From positions 62,001-126,000 of IMG/VR virus record IMGVR_UViG_3300028676_000003: a stretch of DNA of 64,000 nt. One strand, given 5' to 3'. Positions within the stretch are counted from its first letter, which is position 1. Each line of letters begins with the position of its first letter. This document shows, one piece after another, positions 17,716 through 27,303 of this stretch. Made by a program: the position numbers and the translations under genes. Under the pieces are notes generated by a model, which had not been told where the DNA came from, did no database searches, and saw only the letters and a program-made list of their open reading frames with translations.

Positions 17716-18128
17716 TGAAAGACTTATTCTTAATCTACATCAACGTAGTTGGTAAGGATTACACAGGGAACTTCATCTATGAATTCATATTGTCAGATAC
17801 AATAGAAGACATAGATGGAGAAGAATGGGACACGTTTCCAGCTTCGGGAAGACCAGCACCACCACATGTTAATTTCATTAAAAAGGTAGGTCGTCTCGAA
17901 ACTGAAATTCAATTGGATGTAATTCAAAATAGTGATACGTTCGCTGTTTGGGATGCAGTCGATGGAGTTATAGCTTTGGCTTGGGAATATATCAATGCAT
18001 ATGATTCATATCCTGAGAAAAGACTTTGTTTTAAATTTGGTGAACCAATTGAAGAAGTTGAGGCCAAGTTATATGAAAAAGACCTAATACTAGACTATAA
18101 ATACAAAACACATGAAAAAACTAAATAA
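17715..18128 (+). CDS. Hypothetical protein
   Basis: TAATG-coupled 137-aa ORF. Confidence 0.75.
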   Translation: MKDLFLIYINVVGKDYTGNFIYEFILSDTIEDIDGEEWDTFPASGRPAPPHVNFIKKVGRLETEIQLDVIQNSDTFAVWDAVDGVIALAWEYINAYDSYPEKRLCFKFGEPIEEVEAKLYEKDLILDYKYKTHEKTK

Positions 18129-19203
18129 TGAGAGCTTAAATGTAACTACGGACCAACTTACAAAGGATGCAAATCTTAAAAGATACTTGCAGACACCTGA
18201 TGCTAAGAAAACACCTATTAACATTGTTGATAAGAACTCAAATACTGCTACGGCAACAAACTCAACATCTCCTACTACAACTACACTTGGTGAAGGAGAC
18301 ATGATTGAACCACAAGACCAAGCAACTCTTAAGTATCTTTCAAATCTACAAGACGCAAACGGTCAAGTTTCACAACCATTCGAAATCAACGCAAGAAAAT
18401 ACCAAATGGTAAGAGCTATGCAACCTGATAGACAAGTTGTACCTGCTGTTTATTCTCTTGATGAAATGGACGAACAAGGCCAAAATAAATTGTATTCAGT
18501 AGAAGAATTTGATAGAAGCATAGCTACACCCGCACGTCAAATGATGGAGAATAAACCTGTTCCTAGCGAAGACCCTCATTTCTCTAAAATGGCTGAACTT
18601 AGTAGAAACAATGAAACTATCGATTATCTAAATACTGATGATATGGCAGGTTCTAAACACTTCTTTATAAACAAGAAAACTGGTGAAGTAATCGCTAAAT
18701 TTGGTAATACAAGAGACATGATTAAATCAGGTATCAAGTTAAGTGAAGATGAGGACTATATGGATGCTAAGGCACTTAGAAGACACAGACTTGGAAAGTT
18801 GCTTAACAATGATGAAGAATTAGATGAAGCGGTAAATGTAGGTAAGCTTCAACAAGACGTAAAAAAATTATCTAAATTGATTAAGGATAAATTCGTAATC
18901 GCTTTAGAGAAAATAAACACACCGCTTGAACAATCACAATTTTTGGTTGCAATGGCAAAAGAAATTGGTGTACCTTTTAGCAAGCTAACAAGTATTATCA
19001 ATTCATTCAAAGACATATCTAAGGACCAAGACACGCTTAGTTCAATGACTTCGTTAGATGCCGATTCAGGTATTGACACAAGCTCAACAACTGGTGCTAT
19101 AGCCGAAGGGAGTAGAATAATAACAAAAAATGATTTGTTGGAATCACTAAAACCAATTTCAACAAGAATAAAAGTAAAAGACATAAAGAATGGCAGATTA
19201 TAA
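18112..19203 (+). CDS. Hypothetical head-module protein
   Basis: 363-aa ORF with several L/I-x-E sites, upstream of terL. Confidence 0.75.
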   Translation: MKKLNNESLNVTTDQLTKDANLKRYLQTPDAKKTPINIVDKNSNTATATNSTSPTTTTLGEGDMIEPQDQATLKYLSNLQDANGQVSQPFEINARKYQMVRAMQPDRQVVPAVYSLDEMDEQGQNKLYSVEEFDRSIATPARQMMENKPVPSEDPHFSKMAELSRNNETIDYLNTDDMAGSKHFFINKKTGEVIAKFGNTRDMIKSGIKLSEDEDYMDAKALRRHRLGKLLNNDEELDEAVNVGKLQQDVKKLSKLIKDKFVIALEKINTPLEQSQFLVAMAKEIGVPFSKLTSIINSFKDISKDQDTLSSMTSLDADSGIDTSSTTGAIAEGSRIITKNDLLESLKPISTRIKVKDIKNGRL

Positions 19204-20473
19204 AAAAATCGCAGAAGAAGCTTTAAGAAGAGCGCAACAAGGCAAACCTAAACCAACTCTTAATGAGAGTGTTGTTTATCCTGATGGATTAACTGAAAGA
19301 ATGCACCCTGAATTAGAAGTTGAATTGGCCGAGCAAAAACACTCTTTGGGTAAACACCCTATCTTCCCTGAAGGAGATGAGACTTCTTTTGAACAAAAGA
19401 TTATGGGTGAGCGTTTTAGCGAAGTTGCTAAACGTTACAAAAAAGCTTTCGATTGTGATGATATTGATAACAAGTTACTATTAAGCCAAATGATGCCTCT
19501 TGTTGATGAGGCTATGAAAATGGAAGGTAAACATAAAAAAGACCTTGAAGAATTGGCTGTTAAGATGATTCGTGAAGAATATGATATGGGAGAGGATGTT
19601 GTTGAAATACACGCTGAACTTACACCAAAAATCAGTCTTATTGGAACAAAGAAAAATCCTAAACCAATGTCAGTTGAGATGGAATTTAATAACCACAACG
19701 ATATTACAAGTGCTAACGAAGAAGTTTATAAAAGACGTTTCCTTAATGCTATGACACAAGGTGCCGCTAAGAAATGTAATCACATGTTCCACATGGTAGA
19801 TGAAGAACTAAGTGACATGGAACCTAGACTTGGTAATGTATATTCTAAGATGATGGCGGCCGCTGATTACATGTATTATGTAATCCCTAAGATGGAAAAC
19901 GGTACAACTGGTGGTATTGTTAAGGTTCAATTTCCAACTGCAAAGAATCCAAAAGCTGTTATCTATGCTCAAGCAATGGTTTTCCCTGTTCTTATTCATG
20001 AATTGGTTAAGGGTGTTATGGAATTGCTTTCAGCACACGGACTTCCAAAAGATAAACAAATTGGTGAATATGTTATCAATAAAGCAGATTTCTTGGCCGC
20101 TGAGCCTTGGGATATGAGACTTGGCCCTGCATTATGGGAAAGATTTACAAGTCAAATCGACCCTGCTGATTTTGAATTGAAACATCATATTTATTCTGAA
20201 TTAGCCGCATTGCCAGTAAGAGAATTCAATCAAAAGATGAAAGAAATAATGGCTGGAACCAAAGAAGGAAAGAATTTAATCAAACACATGGTTAACGAAA
20301 TCAGAAATGGACTTCAAGAGGAAGATTATAATATTGCAATGGATGAAATTTCAAGCAAAGGTGCTAAAAAAGAAACACCACAACAAGATGATACTTTTGA
20401 CTTGGGTGACTTCTTAAATCTTGGAAATGAAGATGATGATGAAGATACATATGACTACGACGATTTATTCTAA
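19190..20473 (+). CDS. Hypothetical head-module protein
   Basis: 427 aa; TLNES near the N-terminus; IHELVKG segment; acidic tail; terminator follows. Confidence 0.75.
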   Translation: MADYKKIAEEALRRAQQGKPKPTLNESVVYPDGLTERMHPELEVELAEQKHSLGKHPIFPEGDETSFEQKIMGERFSEVAKRYKKAFDCDDIDNKLLLSQMMPLVDEAMKMEGKHKKDLEELAVKMIREEYDMGEDVVEIHAELTPKISLIGTKKNPKPMSVEMEFNNHNDITSANEEVYKRRFLNAMTQGAAKKCNHMFHMVDEELSDMEPRLGNVYSKMMAAADYMYYVIPKMENGTTGGIVKVQFPTAKNPKAVIYAQAMVFPVLIHELVKGVMELLSAHGLPKDKQIGEYVINKADFLAAEPWDMRLGPALWERFTSQIDPADFELKHHIYSELAALPVREFNQKMKEIMAGTKEGKNLIKHMVNEIRNGLQEEDYNIAMDEISSKGAKKETPQQDDTFDLGDFLNLGNEDDDEDTYDYDDLF

Positions 20474-20481
20474 AAGATACT

Positions 20482-20507
20482 AAAAGGGCCTTAATTGGCC
20501 CTTTTTT
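20482..20507 (+). terminator. Intrinsic terminator
   Basis: GGGCC-TTAATT-GGCCC plus T6. Confidence 0.85.
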
Positions 20508-20563
20508 ATTACCCATAAATTAGGAGTAATCTTGTAACCCTTAATTTTTAGGCATTTGCGACA

Positions 20564-20571
20564 TATTTATA
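20564..20571 (+). promoter_or_regulatory. Putative late promoter (terL)
   Basis: TATTTATA 20 nt before ATG. Confidence 0.65.
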
Positions 20572-20591
20572 AGAAACTAAAACTTATAATT

Positions 20592-22361
20592 ATGTTAACA
20601 ACAAATGAAATATTTAAGGAATATTCTAAGTGTTTGATGAATCCAGCATACGCTATTGAAACGTATTTGGAAACATTCGATAAAACACAAGAAGGTTTTG
20701 TGCCGTTTAAACTATTTCCAAGACAGCATGAAATTATCAAAGCATACGATAAACACAGATTTAATATTGTAACAAAACCAAGACAAGCTGGTGTATCAAC
20801 AACTACTGCCGCTTATATGTCTATCAAGGTTGGTTGGGCTGACCCTGAGAACCCTGAGAGTATTCTTATTATTGCCAATAAACAAGAACTTGCATTTGAG
20901 TTCTTAGGAAAGATTAAAGATTTCTTAAGACAACTTCCAAGATGGGTTTGGGGTGAAGAATACTATGGAACACCACAAAAAGAAGGTAAATCTATTTTTA
21001 ATACAGATTCAAAAAAAGAAATCAAATTACCAAATGGAAGCCGTGTTAAAGCCGTTGCGACATCTAAGGATGCCCTTCGTGGATTTACACCAACTTATCT
21101 TGTAATGGATGAGGCCGCTTATATTGATAATGGAGCTGAGGTGTTTGGTGCCGCTCTTACATCGTTAGGTACTGGGGGTAGAGCTACCCTTATTTCTACA
21201 CCTAATGGTATGGATGCTTTATACTACAAAACATATGACCAAGCTATCAATAAAAGAAATAACTTTAATGTTATTGAAATGAAATGGTACGAAGACTTAC
21301 GTTATAATAAAGACTTACGTTGGATTAGAGGTGATGAAGAAGAAGAAGAACCTGATAAGTTATCATTCGCAACATATGAACAAAGAATCAAGGACGGTTG
21401 GAAACCAACATCTTCTTGGTATGAGGAAATGTGTCTTGGTATGAACAACGATGAAAAAATGATTGCTCAAGAGCTTGATGTATCATTCATTGGTTCAGGG
21501 GGTAATATCATCAACGAGAAATATATAGAATATCAAGAAAAAAATAATGTTCAAAAACCAATGTTATATTTTGGGCCTGAACAAGAAACTTGGGTTTGGG
21601 CTGAACCTAAAGAAGGACACCAATACATTATGGGTGTCGATGTAGCTAGAGGTGATGGTGCCGATGCTTCAACTATTGTTATTATTGATTTTACAACAAT
21701 GGAACAAGTTATGGAATACCAAGCTAAGATTCAACCCGATTTGCTTGCACACGTTGTGTTTGAATGGGGTAATCGTTATAAAGCTTATACTGTCGTAGAT
21801 ATTACTGGTGGTATGGGTGTTTCTACAGTACTTAAGCTTCTTGAATTAAACTACAAACACTTACACTACGATACTACTGTTGGGAAGATTCTTTCACCTA
21901 AACAAAGAAATATGCAAATTATGAATAATTCTGAAAAAATCCCAGGTTTCCAAGCCAATGGTGTACGTACATCTATGGTTGCAAATCTAGAATACAGAAT
22001 TAGAGAAAACCACGTAAAGATTCGTTCATCAAGAATGATTTCTGAAATGAAAACATTTATCTATGATAAGAATGGTCGTCCTGACCACATGGCTGGATAT
22101 CATGATGATTTACTTATGTCACTAGGTATGGCTTTATGGGTATTGGATAATTCATTCAAAAATTTAGAAAGACTTGAAGCTCAAACTAAAGCTATTCTTA
22201 ATTCTTGGATGAGTACTGGAACTCAACACACTTTGAATAGTGTTGATGCTAGTGGTAAAGAGGTAAGAAAACCAGTTCATGCGAAGCCATTTGTGAACCC
22301 ACGTGACCCAAAAGGTGAACATATGTGGTTATTTGCTGGTATGGCTGGTAATAAAAGGTAA
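20592..22361 (+). CDS. terL: Terminase large subunit (T4 gp17-like)
   Basis: KPRQAGVST Walker A, LVMDEAA Walker B, ISTPNG motif III, GVDVARG and HDDLLM nuclease motifs; start set at ATG 20592. Confidence 0.96.
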   Translation: MLTTNEIFKEYSKCLMNPAYAIETYLETFDKTQEGFVPFKLFPRQHEIIKAYDKHRFNIVTKPRQAGVSTTTAAYMSIKVGWADPENPESILIIANKQELAFEFLGKIKDFLRQLPRWVWGEEYYGTPQKEGKSIFNTDSKKEIKLPNGSRVKAVATSKDALRGFTPTYLVMDEAAYIDNGAEVFGAALTSLGTGGRATLISTPNGMDALYYKTYDQAINKRNNFNVIEMKWYEDLRYNKDLRWIRGDEEEEEPDKLSFATYEQRIKDGWKPTSSWYEEMCLGMNNDEKMIAQELDVSFIGSGGNIINEKYIEYQEKNNVQKPMLYFGPEQETWVWAEPKEGHQYIMGVDVARGDGADASTIVIIDFTTMEQVMEYQAKIQPDLLAHVVFEWGNRYKAYTVVDITGGMGVSTVLKLLELNYKHLHYDTTVGKILSPKQRNMQIMNNSEKIPGFQANGVRTSMVANLEYRIRENHVKIRSSRMISEMKTFIYDKNGRPDHMAGYHDDLLMSLGMALWVLDNSFKNLERLEAQTKAILNSWMSTGTQHTLNSVDASGKEVRKPVHAKPFVNPRDPKGEHMWLFAGMAGNKR

Positions 22362-22409
22362 TTACTATTTAATTACTGGAAAAAATGATTATAATTTAAT
22401 AAAAAAACT

Positions 22410-24476
22410 ATGGCAGATAAAAAATTAACAATATTTAATAGATTAGGTCAAGTACTTAATCCTAACTATATTGCGACAAAGCAACAACAACCATCTCAAA
22501 GATACAATATCGGTAGTAACGAATTACTTAGAACCGATAGTAAAGCTGAGTATGAGCGAGCAAAGTTACAAGCGATGCAAAACAAATTGCTTGGAAATAC
22601 TTGGAAGAAAGTTGAAACTGGACTTTTCCAACAATCGATTAATTATGAAACAACACGTATTGGTTCATATTCTGATTTTGAAGCAATGGAATTCTACCCT
22701 ACGATTGCGGCCGCTTTGGACGTAATGATGGAAGAATCTACAACAATCAACGATAACGGTAGAATCATGAATATCTATTCAGATAGCAAGCGTGTTAAGG
22801 GTATCTTAGAGGACCTTTTCTTCAACAGACTTGACGTACACACTGCTTTACCTATGTGGACTAGAAATACGTGTAAATACGGGGATAATTTCGTTTATTT
22901 GAACATCAATGATACTCATGGTATTCTTGGTGCTAAGCAAATGCCTAATTACGAAATGGAACGTAGAGAAACTGGTTTATTTGATATGGTTTCAGGTAGA
23001 GAATTACCTGAAGAAGAACAAACAACTACAGATAAGGTTAAATTCTTTTGGAGAGGTCGTGATGTTGAATTCAACTCTTGGCAAATTGCTCACTTTAGAC
23101 TTCTAGGTGATGACAGACGTTTACCTTATGGAACTAGTATCTTAGAGAAAGCTAGACGTATTTGGAAACAACTTGTATTATCAGAAGACTCTATGCTTGT
23201 GTATCGTGTTACACGTGCGCCTGAGAGACGTGTTTATAAAATTTATGTTGGTAACATTGATGATGCCGATGTGGAAGCTTATGTAAATACAATTGCTGAC
23301 AGATTTAAAAGAACTCAAGTTATTGACCCAGCGACTGGACAAATTGATTTAAGATTTAACCAATTGGCTAATGACCAAGATTACTTTATTCCTGTTAGAA
23401 GCGAGGATGCTCCTAACCCTATTGATACACTGCCTGGGGCTCAGAACTTGGACCAAATTGCTGATATTGAATACTTACAAAGAAACTTATTTACTGCACT
23501 TCGTGTACCAAAGCCTTTCTTAGGGTTTGAAGATACAGCTGGTGAAGGTAAAAACTTAGCATTACAAGATATTCGTTTCTCTAGAACAATCAATAGAATT
23601 CAACAATCTATGCTTCAAGAGATGAATAAACTAGCTATCATTCATTTATACATTCTTGGTTTTGAAGAAGAATTGGATAATTTTACTCTTACGTTGAATA
23701 ATCCTTCTACACAAGCTGAAATGCTTAAGGTTGAACACATGCAACAAAAAATTACTCTTCTTAAAGATGCAGTTTCTGATACTGGTAACGGATTTGGTGC
23801 AATGTCTTGGACAAGAGCTCACAGAGAAATCATGGGTTGGTCAGATGATGATATCAAACAAGATTTACTTGAACAACGTATGGAAAAAGCAGCGGCCGCT
23901 GAGTTGGCTAATTCTGCTAACGTTATCAAGCATACTGGTATGTTCGATACTGTTGATAAGATTTACGGTGATTACCAAGTAGCACTTAATGGTGGAATGC
24001 CTGAAGGTGGTGCTCCTGCTGAAGGTGGTGAAGAAGGTGCCGCTGGTGGTGGACTTGGTGGTTCATTCGGTGGTGGCGGTGGTGGAGGTGAAGACCTTGA
24101 CTTCGGAGCTGATGAAGAAGAAGTAGACTTGGATGCTGAGGCTGATGGTGGAGATTTTGGTGGTGAAGAAGGTGGAGATGTAGATGCTGGCGAGGCACCT
24201 GACGGAGACGCTGTAGAAGCACCTGCTGAAACTGTTAACGAGTCTATTAGAATATACGAAAAGAAACTTCTTAATGAGAAGGTTCAATTAAGTAAAAGAC
24301 TTGAGCAAAGAACTCAAAAATACCAAGGAAAATGGATTGATGCTTTGATTGAGAATTTCGTTCATGACAAAAAAGATAAAAGTGTTGAGAGTATTAAAAT
24401 GACCGATAAGAATATCAAAATAAATGAAGGTGTTGATTCTATGATAAAAGATATCAATAATATGTTAGATGAATAA
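22410..24476 (+). CDS. Portal protein (T4 gp20-like)
   Basis: EDSMLVYRVTRAPERRVYKIYVGN, QDYFIP, I.TLPGAQNL, DIEY....LF.ALRVP, RFSRTI.RIQ. Confidence 0.96.
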   Translation: MADKKLTIFNRLGQVLNPNYIATKQQQPSQRYNIGSNELLRTDSKAEYERAKLQAMQNKLLGNTWKKVETGLFQQSINYETTRIGSYSDFEAMEFYPTIAAALDVMMEESTTINDNGRIMNIYSDSKRVKGILEDLFFNRLDVHTALPMWTRNTCKYGDNFVYLNINDTHGILGAKQMPNYEMERRETGLFDMVSGRELPEEEQTTTDKVKFFWRGRDVEFNSWQIAHFRLLGDDRRLPYGTSILEKARRIWKQLVLSEDSMLVYRVTRAPERRVYKIYVGNIDDADVEAYVNTIADRFKRTQVIDPATGQIDLRFNQLANDQDYFIPVRSEDAPNPIDTLPGAQNLDQIADIEYLQRNLFTALRVPKPFLGFEDTAGEGKNLALQDIRFSRTINRIQQSMLQEMNKLAIIHLYILGFEEELDNFTLTLNNPSTQAEMLKVEHMQQKITLLKDAVSDTGNGFGAMSWTRAHREIMGWSDDDIKQDLLEQRMEKAAAAELANSANVIKHTGMFDTVDKIYGDYQVALNGGMPEGGAPAEGGEEGAAGGGLGGSFGGGGGGGEDLDFGADEEEVDLDAEADGGDFGGEEGGDVDAGEAPDGDAVEAPAETVNESIRIYEKKLLNEKVQLSKRLEQRTQKYQGKWIDALIENFVHDKKDKSVESIKMTDKNIKINEGVDSMIKDINNMLDE

Positions 24477-24520
24477 GTTTTTTGTCTAAAATTATAATAT
24501 TTATTAATAAATTAAAACAC

Positions 24521-25282
24521 ATGCAAAATTTTGGTAAAATAAAAAATACGTTTAACGGGATTTTGTCCGAAGCTTTGGTTACTAACAATAACAAAGACAA
24601 GCAATTATTCGGTAAATACGTTAAAACAATCAAGGAAAATAAAGTATTAAGAACTCAGTTTTTGATATACAATAATATTGAAAATAAGGTAGAAGATAAC
24701 GAATTCAAAGCAAGCTTGTTCTTGCAAGAAAACCTAAACCTTTTAAACCAATTTTCAAAGAAAGAGATTTTAGAGGCTAATCAAAAGTTAGCTTCTTCTT
24801 TATCTGAAATTTCAGAGGACTGTGATAAAGCAAGCCTTTATGAAAATATTTCTACTCTAATTTTTACTGATAGAATCAGTGAAAACATTGATACGGTAAT
24901 TGATGCCACAGCTAATATCATTAAATACATAATGGAAAATAAGTCAAAAGAGGTTAATGAATCTTTTGATTTACCTACCACTATGTTGACAAGTATTATG
25001 GTTGACAAATACAATGACAAGTACTCAACTATCGATGAGTCTGATTTAAAGATTATCAAGTCTTTAATCGATTCTACCGATGAAACGAAAAAACAAGTTT
25101 ACACTGAAACAGTAAGAGAATGCATTGATTTAATCAATGAACAATATGCTGATGCTTCTCTAGAAACAAAGGAGAAACTATTGAAAGTTAAAGATAAATT
25201 GTTAAACGATAAAGCTGAAATCAATGAAGATTATTTGACTAATATTACAAAATTAGTTGAGTTAAAGAGCAGTTTACAATAA
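24521..25282 (+). CDS. Helical hypothetical head-module protein
   Basis: Start set at ATG 24521 (MQNFG), 15 nt after late motif. Confidence 0.75.
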   Translation: MQNFGKIKNTFNGILSEALVTNNNKDKQLFGKYVKTIKENKVLRTQFLIYNNIENKVEDNEFKASLFLQENLNLLNQFSKKEILEANQKLASSLSEISEDCDKASLYENISTLIFTDRISENIDTVIDATANIIKYIMENKSKEVNESFDLPTTMLTSIMVDKYNDKYSTIDESDLKIIKSLIDSTDETKKQVYTETVRECIDLINEQYADASLETKEKLLKVKDKLLNDKAEINEDYLTNITKLVELKSSLQ

Positions 25283-25302
25283 CATAATTTAACACCCGAA
25301 AA

Positions 25303-25533
25303 ATGAATAATGTTCCAAGTGAAAATATCCTTAAGTTAATAGAATTAACGGATAAAATTTGTATCGACGATAACAACAGAGACTACAAAGATGTTGTTGT
25401 GAAATTAAAAGAAATTATTGAAAGCGGAAAAGGAGATGTTCTGAAATCGAGAACGATTAAAAATAAAATAAAATGTTACGAAACCATGTGCGTTACGATA
25501 ACAAATGTTTTAAATAATATAAAAATTATATAA
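25303..25533 (+). CDS. Hypothetical protein
   Basis: 76-aa ORF. Confidence 0.65.
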   Translation: MNNVPSENILKLIELTDKICIDDNNRDYKDVVVKLKEIIESGKGDVLKSRTIKNKIKCYETMCVTITNVLNNIKII

Positions 25534-25534
25534 A

Positions 25535-25873
25535 ATGTCAGAACAAAAAGATAGTTGGGGAGAATACAGTAAATTAGTTTTGAACGAGTTAGTTCGTCTA
25601 AATGATAATCATGAGAAAATGAGAAATGATTTTGACACTAAGCTTCAAGAAATGAATTTCAAACTAGGAGATATTAAAAGTATCGAAAAAAATGTAAGCA
25701 CTAATACTGCGTGGATGGAGAAGGTGAACGATGTATGGTCACCAAATCAAATGAAAGAGGCTAAGGATGAGATTTATAAACAAAAGTCAAGATGGGTAGC
25801 GGCAATTGCTATTATTACTTTTGTTCAGATAATTATTGGATTTGTCATTTCTATTTGGAGTAAGATGCACTAA
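25535..25873 (+). CDS. Coiled-coil protein with C-terminal TM anchor
   Basis: WVAAIAIITFVQIIIGFVISIW hydrophobic helix. Confidence 0.7.
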   Translation: MSEQKDSWGEYSKLVLNELVRLNDNHEKMRNDFDTKLQEMNFKLGDIKSIEKNVSTNTAWMEKVNDVWSPNQMKEAKDEIYKQKSRWVAAIAIITFVQIIIGFVISIWSKMH

Positions 25874-25878
25874 GGGAG

Positions 25879-25908
25879 TTGACTTTCCTGGATTTTTCGT
25901 TATATTTG
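25879..25908 (+). promoter_or_regulatory. Bacteroidota-type sigma70 promoter
   Basis: TTG-N19-TATATTTG. Confidence 0.78.
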
Positions 25909-25927
25909 TAATAAATAAAACCAGGAG

Positions 25928-26371
25928 ATGAAAACAGGAAAAGAACTAAAAATTAGCAAATTCAAAAACTATAACGTAGTATTTGGAAGCGTTAATAATA
26001 AAAACGCTAAAGCAGTATACATTAACATTTCAGCATGGGCTGAACCCGTATCAGAATATGATGCGAACTATAATAGAGTCATTAAAGATTTGAATAAGAA
26101 GTTGAAGCAAGTTCTTTTTAATCACTTTGATTCTAGAGTAGCGTCAAATTTTATCAAGAATAACACCATTGTCGATTTAGACATTCGTGAATCAGGAATC
26201 AAGTTTGGGAAACGAAGCTTTATTAATTGTGAAACAACTCTGTTTCTAAATGAAGAAATCCCAGTAAATTCCGAGCTTATGAAATATGACTTAGATGAAA
26301 TAACAAATCTGTTGATTAAAAGTGTATTTGAAAACAATAAAACATTTGATTTTCACAGGAAAAAGAATTAA
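25928..26371 (+). CDS. Hypothetical protein
   Basis: Own host-type promoter and terminator. Confidence 0.75.
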   Translation: MKTGKELKISKFKNYNVVFGSVNNKNAKAVYINISAWAEPVSEYDANYNRVIKDLNKKLKQVLFNHFDSRVASNFIKNNTIVDLDIRESGIKFGKRSFINCETTLFLNEEIPVNSELMKYDLDEITNLLIKSVFENNKTFDFHRKKN

Positions 26372-26383
26372 AACAATAATATT

Positions 26384-26415
26384 AAACCCTCAATAGAAAT
26401 ATTGGGGGTTTTTTT
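26384..26415 (+). terminator. Intrinsic terminator
   Basis: CCCTCAATA-GAAA-TATTGGGGG plus T7. Confidence 0.85.
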
Positions 26416-26427
26416 GTTATTGGCATA

Positions 26428-26435
26428 TATTTATA
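26428..26435 (+). promoter_or_regulatory. Putative late promoter (protease)
   Basis: TATTTATA 20 nt before ATG, just after a terminator. Confidence 0.65.
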
Positions 26436-26455
26436 TCTATAAAGACTAGCAAAAC

Positions 26456-27181
26456 ATGGATATAAATTATAAAGATTTAAAGGTATTAAAACGTGGTGAA
26501 AGTGGAACAGGTTATCTTATTGAACAAGATGCTGGTTATATTTCACCTGACGAACCAAGAAATCAACCTTTCATTAACGAAATCAAGAAACTTGATGGTG
26601 GAAACAGACTAGCGATAGTTGAGCCGCTTATTGTTTTCGTTGTACTACAAAAATACGGTATTCTTAACCGTAATGGGAGAATCTATCCTGAAGCAATCTT
26701 AAGAAGACAAGACCAATTATATCAACAAGCGATTAAAGAACGTAGAGCTGTAGGTGAATTAGACCACCCTGAATCTAGTATTATTGCTGGTGACAGAATA
26801 TCTCATAACATCATTGAAACATGGTGGGAAGGACAAACTCTTATGGGTAAGATGGAGATATTGATGACTCCTGGGTTTATTAATTATGGTATTGTTTCTA
26901 CTAAAGGAGACGAAGTTGCAAATTTACTAAGAAATAGAATTAAGATTGGTGTATCTTCTAGAGGTGTTGGTTCACTTAAAGAAGGTAGAAATGGTGAGCA
27001 AATTGTTCAAGAGGATTTCGAGATTATTTGTTGGGACGTAGTAACGGCTCCATCAACTCCTGATGCTTGGATATTCAGAAGTCACGAAGAATCTAGACCT
27101 TATGTTGAGAACGTAGAAGTGAAAAAACCACTACTAAAAGAAAGCTTAAATGATGATTTGGATAAATTTTTATCTGAATAG
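26456..27181 (+). CDS. Prohead protease (T4 gp21-like)
   Basis: NRNGRIYP, GELDHPE, GVSSRGVGS, WDVVTAPSTPDAW. Confidence 0.96.
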   Translation: MDINYKDLKVLKRGESGTGYLIEQDAGYISPDEPRNQPFINEIKKLDGGNRLAIVEPLIVFVVLQKYGILNRNGRIYPEAILRRQDQLYQQAIKERRAVGELDHPESSIIAGDRISHNIIETWWEGQTLMGKMEILMTPGFINYGIVSTKGDEVANLLRNRIKIGVSSRGVGSLKEGRNGEQIVQEDFEIICWDVVTAPSTPDAWIFRSHEESRPYVENVEVKKPLLKESLNDDLDKFLSE

Positions 27182-27234
27182 CACTTTTTTTGCTGAAATT
27201 TTATCAAAAAAAAGTTTTTTGGTGAAATCATATA

Positions 27235-27242
27235 TATTTATT
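27235..27242 (+). promoter_or_regulatory. Putative late promoter (scaffold-MCP)
   Basis: TATTTATT 61 nt before ATG. Confidence 0.6.
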
Positions 27243-27303
27243 AACAAATGATGACTACACAAATAGTTTATTACACAAAAACAAAAAAAATTTAAAAAAT
27301 AAA

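Noticed and set aside
22410-22430. Portal N-terminus MADKKL resembling the MADKKISQL fibre anchor
   Set aside because: Similarity stops after five residues; likely coincidence
25535-25873. Holin call for the TM-anchored protein
   Set aside because: Single C-terminal TM and no adjacent endolysin; not enough support
27248-27298. Short upstream ORF before the scaffold gene
   Set aside because: Low-complexity A-rich sequence with no coding signal
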